DNA of 62,854 nt, counting the filler, from Choristocarpus tenellus KU-1152 (Eukaryota; Protista; Phaeophyceae): the NCBI GenBank assembly GCA_964200185.2. It is 10 parts of 10 records of this genome, joined end to end, with 100 filler letters (N's around TTAATTAATTAA, not from the genome) between each part and the next. Parts side by side here need not be neighbours in the genome. Positions count along the whole stretch, not along the records: positions 5,288 to 14,188 come from CAXNAD020004213.1; positions 14,289 to 19,943 come from CAXNAD020010121.1; positions 20,044 to 24,426 come from CAXNAD020014805.1; positions 24,527 to 32,519 come from CAXNAD020005293.1; 6 more parts are not named here. One strand, 5' to 3'. The notes beneath the pieces were generated by a model that ran no database searches, had not been told where the DNA came from, and worked only from the letters and a program-made list of their open reading frames with translations. Both the position numbers and the translations under genes were made by a program. This document shows, piece after piece, positions 14,130 to 26,523 of the stretch. Within the stretch, counting starts at the first letter, position 1; each line of letters opens with the position of its first letter.

Positions 14130-14188
14130 TGTGATTCTGTGGCGGCGTGGTTCACTCAGGCAAGGGTGGCGAAGAGAATCACCGGGCA
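14130..14188 (+). repeat. start of a dispersed repeat (LTR-like) also seen at 55772
   Basis: gtgattctgtg...tggttcactcaggcaagggtgg.gaagagaatca.cgggca is shared with 55772-55826. Confidence 0.7.
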
Positions 14189-14288
14189 NNNNNNNNNNNN
14201 NNNNNNNNNNNNNNNNNNNNNNNNNNNNNNNNTTAATTAATTAANNNNNNNNNNNNNNNNNNNNNNNNNNNNNNNNNNNNNNNNNNNN
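14189..14288. other. artificial contig linker
   Basis: N44-TTAATTAATTAA-N44. Confidence 0.98.
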
Positions 14289-17200
14289 CCCAAATGGACA
14301 GCCGCCACCCCCTCCCAGATACTTTGAGCCAACATAAGAGGAAAAGGTGTAACAATGGCAACAAACTACTACTCAAATACACATACATACGTAAGATTTT
14401 AATACTAACTAGAAAGCAAACGCTGCAACTATAGTCTTTCCCTCAATACATTACCAGTTGATCAATTCCTTGGTCACACTTACAAAAAACTGAAAACCTA
14501 GTTTTATCCCTGAAGTGACTGCTAGCACCAGAGTAGGTCACTGAACCAAAGTTCCTTCCAGGAATCTCGTCCTTTGCCAAGGGTTTTGAATCCCAAAAGG
14601 TGGTGATGTCTGTGATACACCTTAGCATAGAGGTAAGGAAGTTGAGGCAAAGTTTGCTGGTTGTGAGGCCAAAAAACCTCGAAAGTCAATACCTAGTTGG
14701 GTGGGAAGACTACATGGATAGGATCCCCAAGGTTGTTTTGAGGCGCTGGAAATAGATGGTGATTTTCACTGTAGACAGTGCACCCATCCGAAAGGAGGCT
14801 CAGTGTAGATTGGTGACCCAAATTCTACTCCATTATTGTTCAGATTCAGAGGATGGGGTGGATTCAAGTGAGAACAGGTGCGATAAGTAGGGATCAGACT
14901 TATATGATTAGGGATACAAGGACTTTAACAACGATGGGTCTCAGAGTAGAGTAGGGATGAGAACCTTGACATCAAGGCAACTGGGTTGGGGATCGGGAAG
15001 ATGGGTCATGAGAGGGACACTGATTGGGGTGATTTCTTCTCGTAAGAGGGAACACAAAGGAGAACCCACCTATCAAACATGACCGTGTGGGGGTGGTCAA
15101 CTCTAACTGCAGAACCACTGAGAAGTGGGATCGAGTGTTAATGGAGTGTAGGGCTCAATGTTTGTTAAATATTGTGCCCATAGATGACTTCAACTTGATT
15201 TTGCGGATGTCAGCAGCAACAAACACTCCCATCATAGCTGGTAGGCGTCATGTGAGTGCTGATGACAGCCAGCATGTGTTGGTGCTCTGTTTAGGATGAT
15301 GATGGTCGTTTCGAGCATGGACGAAGTGCAGAGGGGATGTTGGTAAAAAGGGCAGACTGAGTCTGGGCTACAGACGAGTCATGACTTCCACGAATTCACG
15401 ACTGATCCTGCTTCAGAGACCTCATCCCAGTATATGCGTTGAATATACTGTGGGAGATGGGGATGGTTGGGATGGGTACCTGAAGGGCTAAGATGTAGAT
15501 GAGTAGAAGTGGAGAGCAACACAGCCCCCCTTGCTCTCGAGGGAGCATGGGGGCAAAGTCCTGATCCCTTGCATTTTCTACAATACTTGGCATGAGCGAG
15601 ATAGATCATATTATCTAGCTTGGAACAGGTGGAGGGGGACAATCGTTTGTACTAGGCTTTAGCTAAGAGTGTTAAATATTTGTTGCTCGTGTGGAAGGAT
15701 CGAGGCAGCAGGAGCAAGAGCAGCAGTGGCAGGGATAGCCTTTATCCTAGTCTTGAACACCTTTTTCTCTAGTATATCTGACATTTCTATGTACCAGGGT
15801 GCACACTTTTTTTTGAGGTGGCTTCATCCAACTTTATAGTCCCTCTCGGTTCGCTAGAATCCGTTCCAAGGGACTTACAGAATGTCTAATCCCTGTGAGA
15901 ATCTAGCTAAACCTCGATAATTGCTGTGGTGACAAGGGTCGCAGTTCGGGAAATGCAATGACCACAGACTTAGACGAAGACGTTGAAAAGGGCAAGTAGG
16001 AGGCATACTCCATGTTACACTCTTCTTCAGCTGGAGACTGTCAAGGGTCACCATAGCCTCCTCTCTCAGCTCTCCCTCTTATCATCTTATATCCTCGGTC
16101 ATTTCTCCTGCACACTGCTGCTTTCATCTTGGTCTGCTTCTAATTCCTTGGTCTCCCTTTCGTACATCCATCACTCTTCCCTGACTTACACTTTGCCAGA
16201 ATTTGGGAGAATACATATACCTTTCCTGTATGGTACATAGTATGCCCTGAGACTTTTGCCTTTGCAGTGGCACTTGTGTCTTATGAACGGCTTTGAGCTA
16301 TGTAAACCGAAATTATGCCCTGAAGCGGAAGATTCTCACCTACCCAATGGAGGAATCCGTTTATTATTCGCAAGTCAAGCAGTCCGAATTTTGAAATTTG
16401 GTTTTGCCCACCACTCAACTTCCAGTCACCACGGTGCAGCTCCCAGTGTGGCCATGTTGGTGCCGATTTAACTCTTGAAGTTTGCTGAAGCTGCATTGAG
16501 GGTTTGAGGTATTTCCCTTAGAGGAATGCATAGGTTTATATCTGCTTGTTGGCAAACTTGCTTTCAGAATATATATTTGATTCCAAGCTAATTTGGTTAG
16601 CACTATAGTCTATACACCTGTATCATCCTGTGTGTGTTACTATGTCAGAGAATCGTGAGGAAAAGATTGAAACAAGATGGCAAAGCTTCGTTACATGGCG
16701 ATGCTTAGGCAAGTACTGTACAAGACTGGAGGTTGGAGGGTTTTGTGATTACGAATGAGATGATTGAACCCAACAATAGAGAGGCACGACATGAACAAAG
16801 GTTGTGCAATCTGTTTGTTATAGTGCAACAGTTAGGACGTTGAGCTTCTGACCTGGGGTTGGGCTATTCCCCACTCTGAAATTGAGAAATATACGCTGTG
16901 TGCAGTATATACACACTTAGTGTCACTTGGAATCTCCTGCAGGTGGTTCGTCTTTAAGGTAGCTACGTTATGAAACACGCAAGATCAACAATCATGTCTA
17001 CGCATATACACATGAAGCTGGGTTCTGTTCTTACACAAGAAAATATACGTCCAAACCCAAGAGTACCACTATTCCGTTGAGCTCAATCTGCTCTTCCATG
17101 AGTATTTCTTCGGGCATGCTGTCAACACATATGAGGGTTGCACTGGAGAGTTACTAGCACAGTATTTGCACACGATGATAGGAAATACTATGCCCAGCCA

Positions 17201-17604
17201 TTACATTTTTGGAGGTCAGGGTCATATGGCTCGTTGCTAATAGTGTGCGCAAAGACTGAGACCCTTGCTATTGACTGACAGCAAACCTTCCAAAAGAACG
17301 ACATGTTGGAGATGGAGAGAAATAGTTTAAAACATTGCTGCACTATACTATACATTCATGACGTATGGAGCTTGAGGCCATTCCATACGGTCAGTCCCTC
17401 TTTTCCTGCACGTTCTTAACAAAAAGATGCGGTGTTACATTGTGGTTCCAACCTGTCGACCCTATTCCACTGAAGGAGGATCCAGAAGCTGGAGGCCCTG
17501 AAGGCAATGCTTGACCATTATTTGGATCCCTTGATCCACCAATTAACCTGAAAAACGGTCCAGCAGAACGAGCAATTTGCAGTAATGCCGCACATTTTTT
17601 AAGT

Positions 17605-17863
17605 GTGTCCGAAGTATCTTAGAGGGTAGAGCCGCGTCCGTTTGAGGGCCAAAATGCAATGTTGCGATTTTGATGTAATTTTGGCTATCGTGTTTGTTAT
17701 GAGGTGTCAATATCCTTGTTCCAGACACACCTTTCATAATGTATACCTTTTACCTAATCCGAAATATTTCGAAGTAGGAAAATGTCATAAAAAAACTCGT
17801 GGGAAGCCAAGCCCCAAACCGATAAATAGGGGAAAACACCTACCCTCTAAGATACTTTCAGGC
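17605..17863 (-). mobile_element. MITE copy
   Basis: Reverse-oriented copy with TIRs aagtatcttagagggtag / ctaccctctaagatactt. Confidence 0.88.
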
Positions 17864-18010
17864 GGCCCTGACATGGTAACACTAAAAAAGTGTGAAAAGA
17901 ACCAAAAATACCATAGGATAGTGTTTGTTTAAATTAGCTTTGAGAGAATCAAAAACACCGGAGAAATAAGAAGAGTGTGCTTTTACAGTGTGTTCGCCCT
18001 TTTCCCTCAC

Positions 18011-18377
18011 CTGCATAATTTGTAGCACTATCTGCTTGTATTGTGGCATCAAATTTTGCATATCCCTTGTAGAGAAGAGCCTTATTAGCCTCATCCATGT
18101 GTCGAGACGGTCAGAGTTCAGGTGCGTCCCTGCTATGACTTTGCGGTTGGTCCTACACTGCCAGGCAAACTCTTGTTGGAACTCTTCAAAGGATACTGAT
18201 GACTGAGATGAACAATTCTTGTATCGTAATCCTACTAAGCAAATGCCTTGTGTTCGTATTCTCACTGTCAGAACCCAACAGCGTACTAGATCTCGTAGTT
18301 TGCCTGAACATTTCCTCTACGTAGTTCGGCTCCTCAATTTTTCTCTCCGTTTCAATGCTCGGCTTGTTTGTGCTCAA
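18011..18377 (-). pseudogene. coding-like fragment of unknown origin (possibly the C-terminal region of a hAT transposase)
   Basis: Overlapping ORFs, one reading ...DMQNLMPQYKQIVLQIMQ and followed by a gtgagg donor. Only a weak resemblance. Confidence 0.2.
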
Positions 18378-19627
18378 GTGTAAGCTCTTGGTTCCCAGGC
18401 CTCAACAAGGGGGTCTGGACCGCACATGTATATCACCATGGCTCAGTGAACTATCGATCAGTTCCCTGCAAGAACCTCTCGGGTTCAGACCACATCGACG
18501 CCCTACATATAATCATGGAAAATTATTTTCGATTTTTCTTTTCCGTGTGACATGCACAATGTAACTGTATGCCTAGTACAACCCTGCCTGTCACTATACC
18601 ACAAAAAATCCAGGCTAAGATTGATCAGCGGGATGGTCTTCGGACTGATATAGCCAGTTAGTTGGTCCGGCTAACTGCTGGTCCATTGTAAAACCTTTGC
18701 TCCAGAGCCTGTCTGAAAGTTGTCGATGCAGTGATGTTGTGCGAGTTGTTGCCAAAAGGAAATTCGGAATGAAACTCCCCTACCACCATTTTGACTTCTA
18801 GTGACGTACGAAATGAGCTCTTTGTTTTATAAAGAGCAGAAAAGAAGACATCGATTTTTTCCTAGACATGGTTTGTCGATTCACAATAATAACTTAATAC
18901 CTGTCTCTGTTCCTTCCATAATAGTTCAAGCGATAATAGCATTACGCTACAGGATCAAATCAATCCTCAATCTTCAATAAGCATGTCAAATCCCTTGATC
19001 GATTGCTATTACTACACCACTGGGCAATCTCGTGGCTCAGTCGTTTAATGAGGTTCATGACTACAGGGTTTCAAGACTTGATCCCCATCAACCCCCTACT
19101 ATATCTTCTCATGTAAATTAGGGTTTTGAACATATGAAGTCCACGTGGCAAGTTTTAGGGACCCTTCATCCTTACTGTCCTATTCGTAGCTACCTCACAG
19201 TACAAAAGTAACCCACAGTTGTTAGTATGGTAAGTAATGCCGTGTTTAATGCCTCTGATCACAGGTCGGTATTTCCCCCGGTTGATGTGAAAACAAAGAA
19301 AAGTGTTAGTTGTTATCGCAAGAGAGTGGCTTGGATCCACGGGTTGGGATAGTCCCCACACAAGAGTTAAAAAATTAAGAATGGTGTAAACGACCATCCC
19401 TAGGGTGAAGATGCGGATATTGTAGCTATCGTCACATGCACCCTTTCCCTTCTACCTCTAGCACTAGTTCCACAGATTATAGTTTAAACGTTATTGCGGA
19501 AGTGGTTGGTTCAGGATGTTTCTTGTTTTGTTCTTTCTAGCAGGACCCTGACCTGTGATGCTTTCGTTATTACCATGTAGTAGTTTGGAATTTCCTGTTG
19601 GCCATTATGAAGGTCAAACTCACTCAC

Positions 19628-19943
19628 ACAAATTTGTCCAGACAAACACAGATCCCCTGGCATAGCCAACCCCATCTACGCAGGCACAGCTCATCCTTGC
19701 TACCGAGGCACTTCCCCCTTTATGCCTTTCCTCCTGGTGCTGCTGGAACACCTTGTCTGTTGGTTTGTGAATCTTCTCCTCCTCTTCTTCCTCAGGCACA
19801 GGCCACAGAGCCCCTTCCTGTGCCCTTCCTTCTACAGGTACCCCAGTACTGTGGCTGTTTAGTGTTGTATGTTGTCCTCTTTTCCCAAGTACAGCATCCA
19901 CAGGCTTACACAGGCAGAACTCCCCCGCTGTTCTGTTCCTCCT
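19628..19943 (-). CDS. probable exon of an unknown gene
   Basis: Open frame (...PEEEEEEKIHK...GSVFVWTNL) ending at a gtgagt donor, truncated by the contig end. Confidence 0.35.
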
Positions 19944-20043
19944 NNNNNNNNNNNNNNNNNNNNNNNNNNNNNNNNNNNNNNNNNNNNTTAATTAATTAAN
20001 NNNNNNNNNNNNNNNNNNNNNNNNNNNNNNNNNNNNNNNNNNN
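19944..20043. other. artificial contig linker
   Basis: N44-TTAATTAATTAA-N44. Confidence 0.98.
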
Positions 20044-23000
20044 CTCCTCCAGGGTATCCACTTCCTCTCCCGGTACCCCCCCTTCCATCACCCTTCATTC
20101 TGGGACTGCCACCAGAAGCTGCAGTCGTAATTCTAGTTCTCTGGGGATGTCCAGCAGTACTATCATGAGTGGGAGTGACATATGTGTTTGAGGCAGGTAA
20201 AAGCGTCGTCTGAGCAGGGGCTCTCCAAGAAGGCTGACTGCCTTGTGTGGGTTGTGTCATTCCTGACCAAGGTGCAGCACCATGTGTCCCCTGTACAGGG
20301 AGATCCTCAAGACCAGGCCCCCTCTCCCCTCCCCCAGACAGCAAGTCGTTCTGTTTTGTTGGTGCCAAAGCAGTACGGTTGGTCTGTTCCCTGTTGAAGA
20401 GTTGACTGGGTCGGAGGAGAGTAGTTTCTTTCTCAATCTCTTTCTTGACCTTTTCCCAGTGGCTACCTTCACTAACTTGATCACCTTGGCCACTTTGACC
20501 AACCTCCACCTGAGAACTTTGTCTCACAGCCCAATCCCCTTGACCAGCAGTACCGGCAGGACCCTTCAGGATACAGAAATAATAATAATAATAATGATAA
20601 AGTATAAATTATGATATCTACAAGTGTGTACACTGGTTCAGAAGGTTACACATACATTCTATAACATATAGTATGCAGCATATGTATACCTACACTATCA
20701 TCAAACTATGTAGTGGTAAGGAAGGTCTAAAAAATAGGGAATATCTGACAAAGTTCCAAGGCAAAAAAAATAACAAAAAGAACAGTGAGGCTTGATTGGT
20801 TGATTTCATTCAATGGAAAGAGTACTTGGACTATGTATAGTCACTACTGTGGGTGAATTAATCTACGGCATCTAATTTTATTCCATTGAATGACATGAGG
20901 TTCAAGCATCTTGAACAACATTACACACAAGACATGGCACACGCCTTACCCCTTGTGGAAGATAAATCAAACTTAAGAATTTAGCTCAAGCGATTGACAA
21001 CTGTAACAACTTGACAAGCTCTTGCTTTCCTTCTTGGTGCATGTATGCTAAGGGTTAGGGTTAGAGTTAGCTTGCTTGAAGCAAGACATCACAACCAGTG
21101 AAGAAGGGCATTGAGAGTTGTCTACAACTTAGGATCAGGGTTAGGGTTGGTCAATCGACCTGCTCACACTAGATTGAACAAAAGTGGTCCAACTTTCTCA
21201 GGATTTGATTGGTTGACTAATTGTGCTTGTGCCTTTGCTTCGGTTCAATTTTCTTCAATTTTCTTGGTTGTACCTCTCTTGGGCAGAGGGCTTGAATGAT
21301 CAAAGTGCACAGAATGATATCAATCAACCAACCCAGTCAACAAGCCTACAACTCTACATGCTACACATCTTTGCCTCGTTCAAGCAAAAGGTCTCCAACA
21401 GGAGAGATAGAAAGGACGTTAGTAAAGGTAAGCGCATCGAAGCCATTACCTGTAGTCCTACCAAGTACTATGTAGTACTTAGTTATGGTATGTCTATGCA
21501 AGAAACCGTTGACATACTTAGATCATACTTCAACATACTTCAAAGTACCTGATACCAGTACCAACAAAATGTGTACCTTCTACTGTCCCTCATACTCTTT
21601 AGTCAGTTAGGGGTGGGGTTAGGGCTCAGGTTACCTGTGTGTGCATGCCTACATGTTAGCTCACACACACACACACGGCTCTCTCAAGTTCTATATCTAT
21701 CATCAAACATGTATCTACAGCATCATCACACACACAACTCTTAGCACAATCACTTGAGATTATGACAAACCAAAGAGAGAGAGAGAGAGAGGTACATGAG
21801 CAAACACACAGGAAAGCACTGAGAGCTCAAGTGATGATCTTACTTGAGCACTAGAGTGCTCTTGCAGGATCATCAACAACAACTAACCCTAACTCTAACC
21901 CTACCGTATATAGATAAAATGGCAATATATATATAGCTATGTAAACGCATCCCATCATAACTGCTGAATCCAAAAACCAACCGGCCAAAATGGGACCAAG
22001 CATGGCACACCAATGAAGACCATATCCTACGACCAGATACACCTTTCACTGTGACCAGCATGTTCTAGAGCTAAGTAGTACATTACCCAAACAAACCGCA
22101 TCCCGCAACATCTTGCAAAAAATAGTCAACACTAGGTTTCTATTTCAATCCTATCCGCTGCGACCATACCTGACACGTAGCCTGGTACTGCGGTTGCACT
22201 TGTTGCTGTTGGCTATGGGGATCGTGTGGTGTGGGGAAGCCATCTGCATCCACATAGAGTGACTGACCACCTATACAGATTGTAAATTAAGTGAGCAAGC
22301 AGCCCGACAAGGATGAGCAAACCCCAACTCCAATCCCAATCCCAACCCTATCTCTATTGCTCACACCAATAATGTTACCCTAAAAAGTGCGGTGAACAGT
22401 CTTCAATTTTTCAAACCGACTACTCCTCCTGAGTACCAACTGAGCCAATCACAGGATAAGGAGTAGTCAAGCACATGGTTCAGTTATCAAAATATCAAAA
22501 CAGAGAGAGAATCACACCCTCAGTTCGCGTCACAGTTGCCTGGCACTTGGTCCTTCTTAGCACTATTGCATCAGAAGTCTACTGCATCCTGTCTACTATT
22601 TACATTGCACCAGTGCAAACCACAAAAAATCAGAATTAGCGAAAGCATTGGCGATGCGGAAGCAGCAACGGAGAAAAAAATAAAATAAAAAGTAGTAGCA
22701 CACAACCTTTCTACACTTCACCTCAGTCCAATGACAAGACACCGCCTACCAAGCTGTGACCCTCTGGTAATATAATGAGTACTTGCAACATATTTAGTAA
22801 TAAAAATATATTGTATCAATAATAAGATGTTCATCCCGCTGTACAGCACACCACATACATAATCCTACCACAAACTAACCCTAACCCCAACCCTAACCCT
22901 AACCCTTTTTTTCTTGGTCTTTTCCCACCTCTATTACCTATGTTATTCTGCCATCCCATTGATCTGTACACACCACCACTGCCCTGGCCACCTCCCAACC

Positions 23001-23643
23001 CCACACTCGCCCCAGAGCCTGCCACAGAGCCCTGGACAAAGGAAGAAGACACAATATTACTCTTCTGCTGGGAGTGCTGTTGCTGCTGTTGTTGCTGGGT
23101 ATGTGAAGAGGCAATGCCCCCTCCATGATGCTGTCGAAAGTACTCCAGTTCTGCTTGCTGATCGGAGGACTGGGACCGTCGGGGTGGTGGTGGAGGAGGA
23201 GGTGGCCTGGGGCGTGAAGACATTTGTGTCGTATGGTCTTGTGCTTCTTGATATCTTCCATGTGTACCACGAGTACTCTGCACATCAGCCCAGGAGTTGA
23301 GCCTATTGTGTTGGTTGAAGCCACCAGTAACCCAGTCATCGTCCCCAGCGTCCTGTGCAGGATATTTTATTAAAAGGGTGTTAACAGCACCACCAGGGAC
23401 ATAATCAAGAGGTATGAACTGTTGAATAACTTAGCGTTATCCTTACATTGCGTGTGCTGATACAAGTACACAACATAGTTTCACGTACGTCGATCTTTAG
23501 TTCGGTACAATGCAAAGTACTAATGTACATAGTGATATGATGGGTCAGTCTTTGGCCATATCACAGAGATGATTGCTAGGACATCAGAGATGATTGATCG
23601 CTGAGAGAGAGGCCCAGCTTCATGTGCTAAGCTTTTTTCATGT

Positions 23644-23720
<77 letters not shown>

Positions 23721-24043
23721 CGCGTCTCGGTCCGTTTGCTTGTCACTACGATTCACCTCATCACTGCTGTCACTATCATCTTCTCCTCCCTCAAATACCA
23801 CCATTTCTCCACCTCCTCCAAAGCTATTATCCAGCAGTGACGCCACTTGAGGAGTTCCACAAACTTCCGCATAACCAGGAAGATCATCAGACAGCAGGTC
23901 GTATGAAACCCCACCATTATGCCATTGTGAAGGTGCCACTTGAGTCGGTGTTTCCACTGCAGGCGCAAGAGACATGTCACTCACAGATGCCCCCTGTATA
24001 GCCTTTCCCAACATAGCATGGAGGGTCGTGAAATCCGCAAACC
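20044..24043 (-). CDS. multi-exon low-complexity (G/Q/P/S-rich) protein of unknown function, partial
   Basis: Exon-like GC-rich blocks with AG/GT ends at ~23756-24043, ~22900-23353, ~22150-22269 and 20044-~20566. No domain recognised. Confidence 0.5.
23647..23724. repeat. (TG)n(CG)n microsatellite
   Basis: ~33 TG units followed directly by (CG)6. Confidence 0.95.
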
Positions 24044-24426
24044 TACAGTAGAGGACAAAAGGGATAGCTTAGTAGTGGTTGTAGGAAGTTGAAATTGATG
24101 AAAAAAAAAAGGAGATAATGATAGTCAAATACTAATAATGATAACAGCAACAATAAAAATATAATACCGGTATTATTCGTAACTACAAATAAATAATAAA
24201 AATAGGGTGCCTGAACAAAAAGGGAGAGTGGCATAACCAGAGGCAACCACAAGTGCTGCGAATGCACACGAGAAAGATATTTGGGGCAGGGTGGGAGGGG
24301 AGTAGGGGAGAGTTATTATCATAGTATAGCTCACAGTTAAACGACCCTGTATAAAATACAGGTTTGCTGCTCGGAGTATACACAATAGAAATATAACCCT
24401 AACCCTGACCCTAAGCCAACCGCCCC

Positions 24427-24526
24427 NNNNNNNNNNNNNNNNNNNNNNNNNNNNNNNNNNNNNNNNNNNNTTAATTAATTAANNNNNNNNNNNNNNNNNN
24501 NNNNNNNNNNNNNNNNNNNNNNNNNN
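24427..24526. other. artificial contig linker
   Basis: N44-TTAATTAATTAA-N44. Confidence 0.98.
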
Positions 24527-24599
24527 CACACCAAAAAAGTGAAAATCGAAGAAAGGGTGAAAAACGGACGCCGACACCCCCCCCCAGATATTTTGACCC
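24527..24599. mobile_element. terminus of the G-run TIR element family
   Basis: ...aagggtgaaaaacggacgccgacacccccccccagatattttgaccc is the reverse complement of 37614-37684 and 62796-62854. Confidence 0.8.
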
Positions 24600-25017
24600 T
24601 GCACAATAATCTAGAGCACAACGTTGGCTGCACGCAATTATTCAATTGTGTTGTAGCTTGTCCCGGGCACTCCAGAGGTCATACATTGCATGACTGAGGT
24701 CAAGGTCAAGATAGAATCAGACTGCAATGGGTGTGTGTGCTTGAAGTCGCACAGTTCCGCTTGATTGGTCCCCCTTGAGTCCATCTAGTACCAGAACGGA
24801 GAGGGGGGTGGACAGCTATATATATTCTGTAGCACCAATGGCCACCTACCGATAAGGTCTTGTTTATTTCAATGATGGAATTCTGCACTTATTAGAGTCT
24901 TCCTCAATTATTTCCTCTTGATAATAGAAGTATCGTAAAAACAGCAGGGCCACCAGCAGTAGTATTCAATTTTGTGTATGAGAGTGTTAGGGGGAGAGGG
25001 GTGTTGATTGGTACACT

Positions 25018-25050
<33 letters not shown>

Positions 25051-25343
25051 GAAAGCAGCATCAGTTTAGAAAAAAACATTACTCTTGTGTGTTTTTCTCC
25101 TTCCTGTCTCTCATCCCTGTTGTTTCTCAGTGATCCCTGCTCTTCATTATGTTATTGTAGAGTCATCCTATCTCTGAAGGGATATGTTTTAGTTCCTTTT
25201 GAGTAGTTAAAGCATCACCTTCCTGGCACCCCGTTCTCAAGCCTCAATGCAGCTAACCCTCTCAGAAACAGTGAATGTAGAAGAGAAGACAAATGCTAGT
25301 CCAAACAAGTGCAAAATCGCCCACCAGAATGATGTAAGCTGAT

Positions 25344-25591
25344 GACCCAAAGGATTTAAGAGGGTAGGAGTTTTTCCCTGTTTGTCTGTTCGGGACTTGG
25401 GTTTTTTATGCCCTTTTTCGGTTGTGTCTGTGAACACAGTTACCTAAAATGTATACACCTATGAAAGGTGTGTTAGAAGCAAGCATATTGACACTTGCTA
25501 TCACACACAATAATCAAAATCCATCAAAATTGCAACATTGGATATAATGACCCCGAACGGACGCGGCTCTACCTCTTAAATTATTTGGGTC
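25344..25591 (+). mobile_element. MITE copy, subfamily B
   Basis: TIRs gacccaaaggatttaagagggtag / ctacctcttaaattatttgggtc. The central segment differs from subfamily A and matches 61334-61595. Confidence 0.8.
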
Positions 25592-26523
25592 TCATGTGCT
25601 AGAGGTAAGTCATAGGTGATTAAAGTACTTCAACAAGAACCCCCCTAAGATAGGATAGGTCATACAACAACATAGAGTGCAGAACGCCCATTTTCTTTGA
25701 TGCACTAGACAGAAAGAAGATTCTATGCTCTGAAGTATAAATATACTAAACCACTTCCTTTCTCACAATACTCTACAGCAAAGGATGAAGGGCTACCTCT
25801 GTTATCTATCTCACAATCTCAGAGCTCTCTTGTACTTTCAACAATGTGAAAATGAAAATGGCATCGTAATTCTAACCTGACGTGATTTGAGGGGGCGATA
25901 CCACAGGAAAATATCCTTGCCAATTGTCCTTTTGTTGAGGTTTCCGTGCACTTGAATAAAGCCTCTAGTGGAAATGTATCAAAAAGGAGTGTGGGGAATG
26001 AATTGGCCAGAAAGATTGACTCAGGGAGGGGCAATAATAACGATGAGATATCGTGAGTCATGTTATTGATAAACAAACCACAACGAAGTTAGAACTACCA
26101 CAGTAATGGTTGTAGGAAGTGTTTTCCAGACATCTGATGGGAAGGTGGAAGCATCCCTTCGCCTCTCCTCCTCTCACACACCTTGCAGGGGGTGTGTGTA
26201 TGTCATTAGTGCGATCACGAGCTTTTCCTGATGTGACAGCTATATTGACAATGGCATCGCGTGCCTCCTCTTCCTCAGATGAAGCTCTCCTTACCCACAG
26301 GTAGTTTGATGCTGCAAGGGTATTGCCCTATGTGGCCACAGAGGAAGTGGAGAAGACAGTCAGTGAGTGGAGAATGGAAATGTGAGAGACTTTCTAGGAT
26401 ACAGGAGCGAAAGAAATATGAAGAAAATATGAAAATTTGCCGTAGGAGGGGTCCTCGGAAGTAGAGTATAGACACACAGAAATGAATGCGTTGGAGTAAA
26501 AAGTATCATTGATATAGCCAATG

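Noticed and set aside
14640-17400. Possible LTR-retrotransposon debris (YLVGWEDY chromodomain-like, CRKCKG, KIYVQ)
   Set aside because: The motifs are too short and inconsistent in strand and order to support a call.
26188-26300. Plus-strand exon-like block with AG/GT ends
   Set aside because: No partner exons or recognisable domain.
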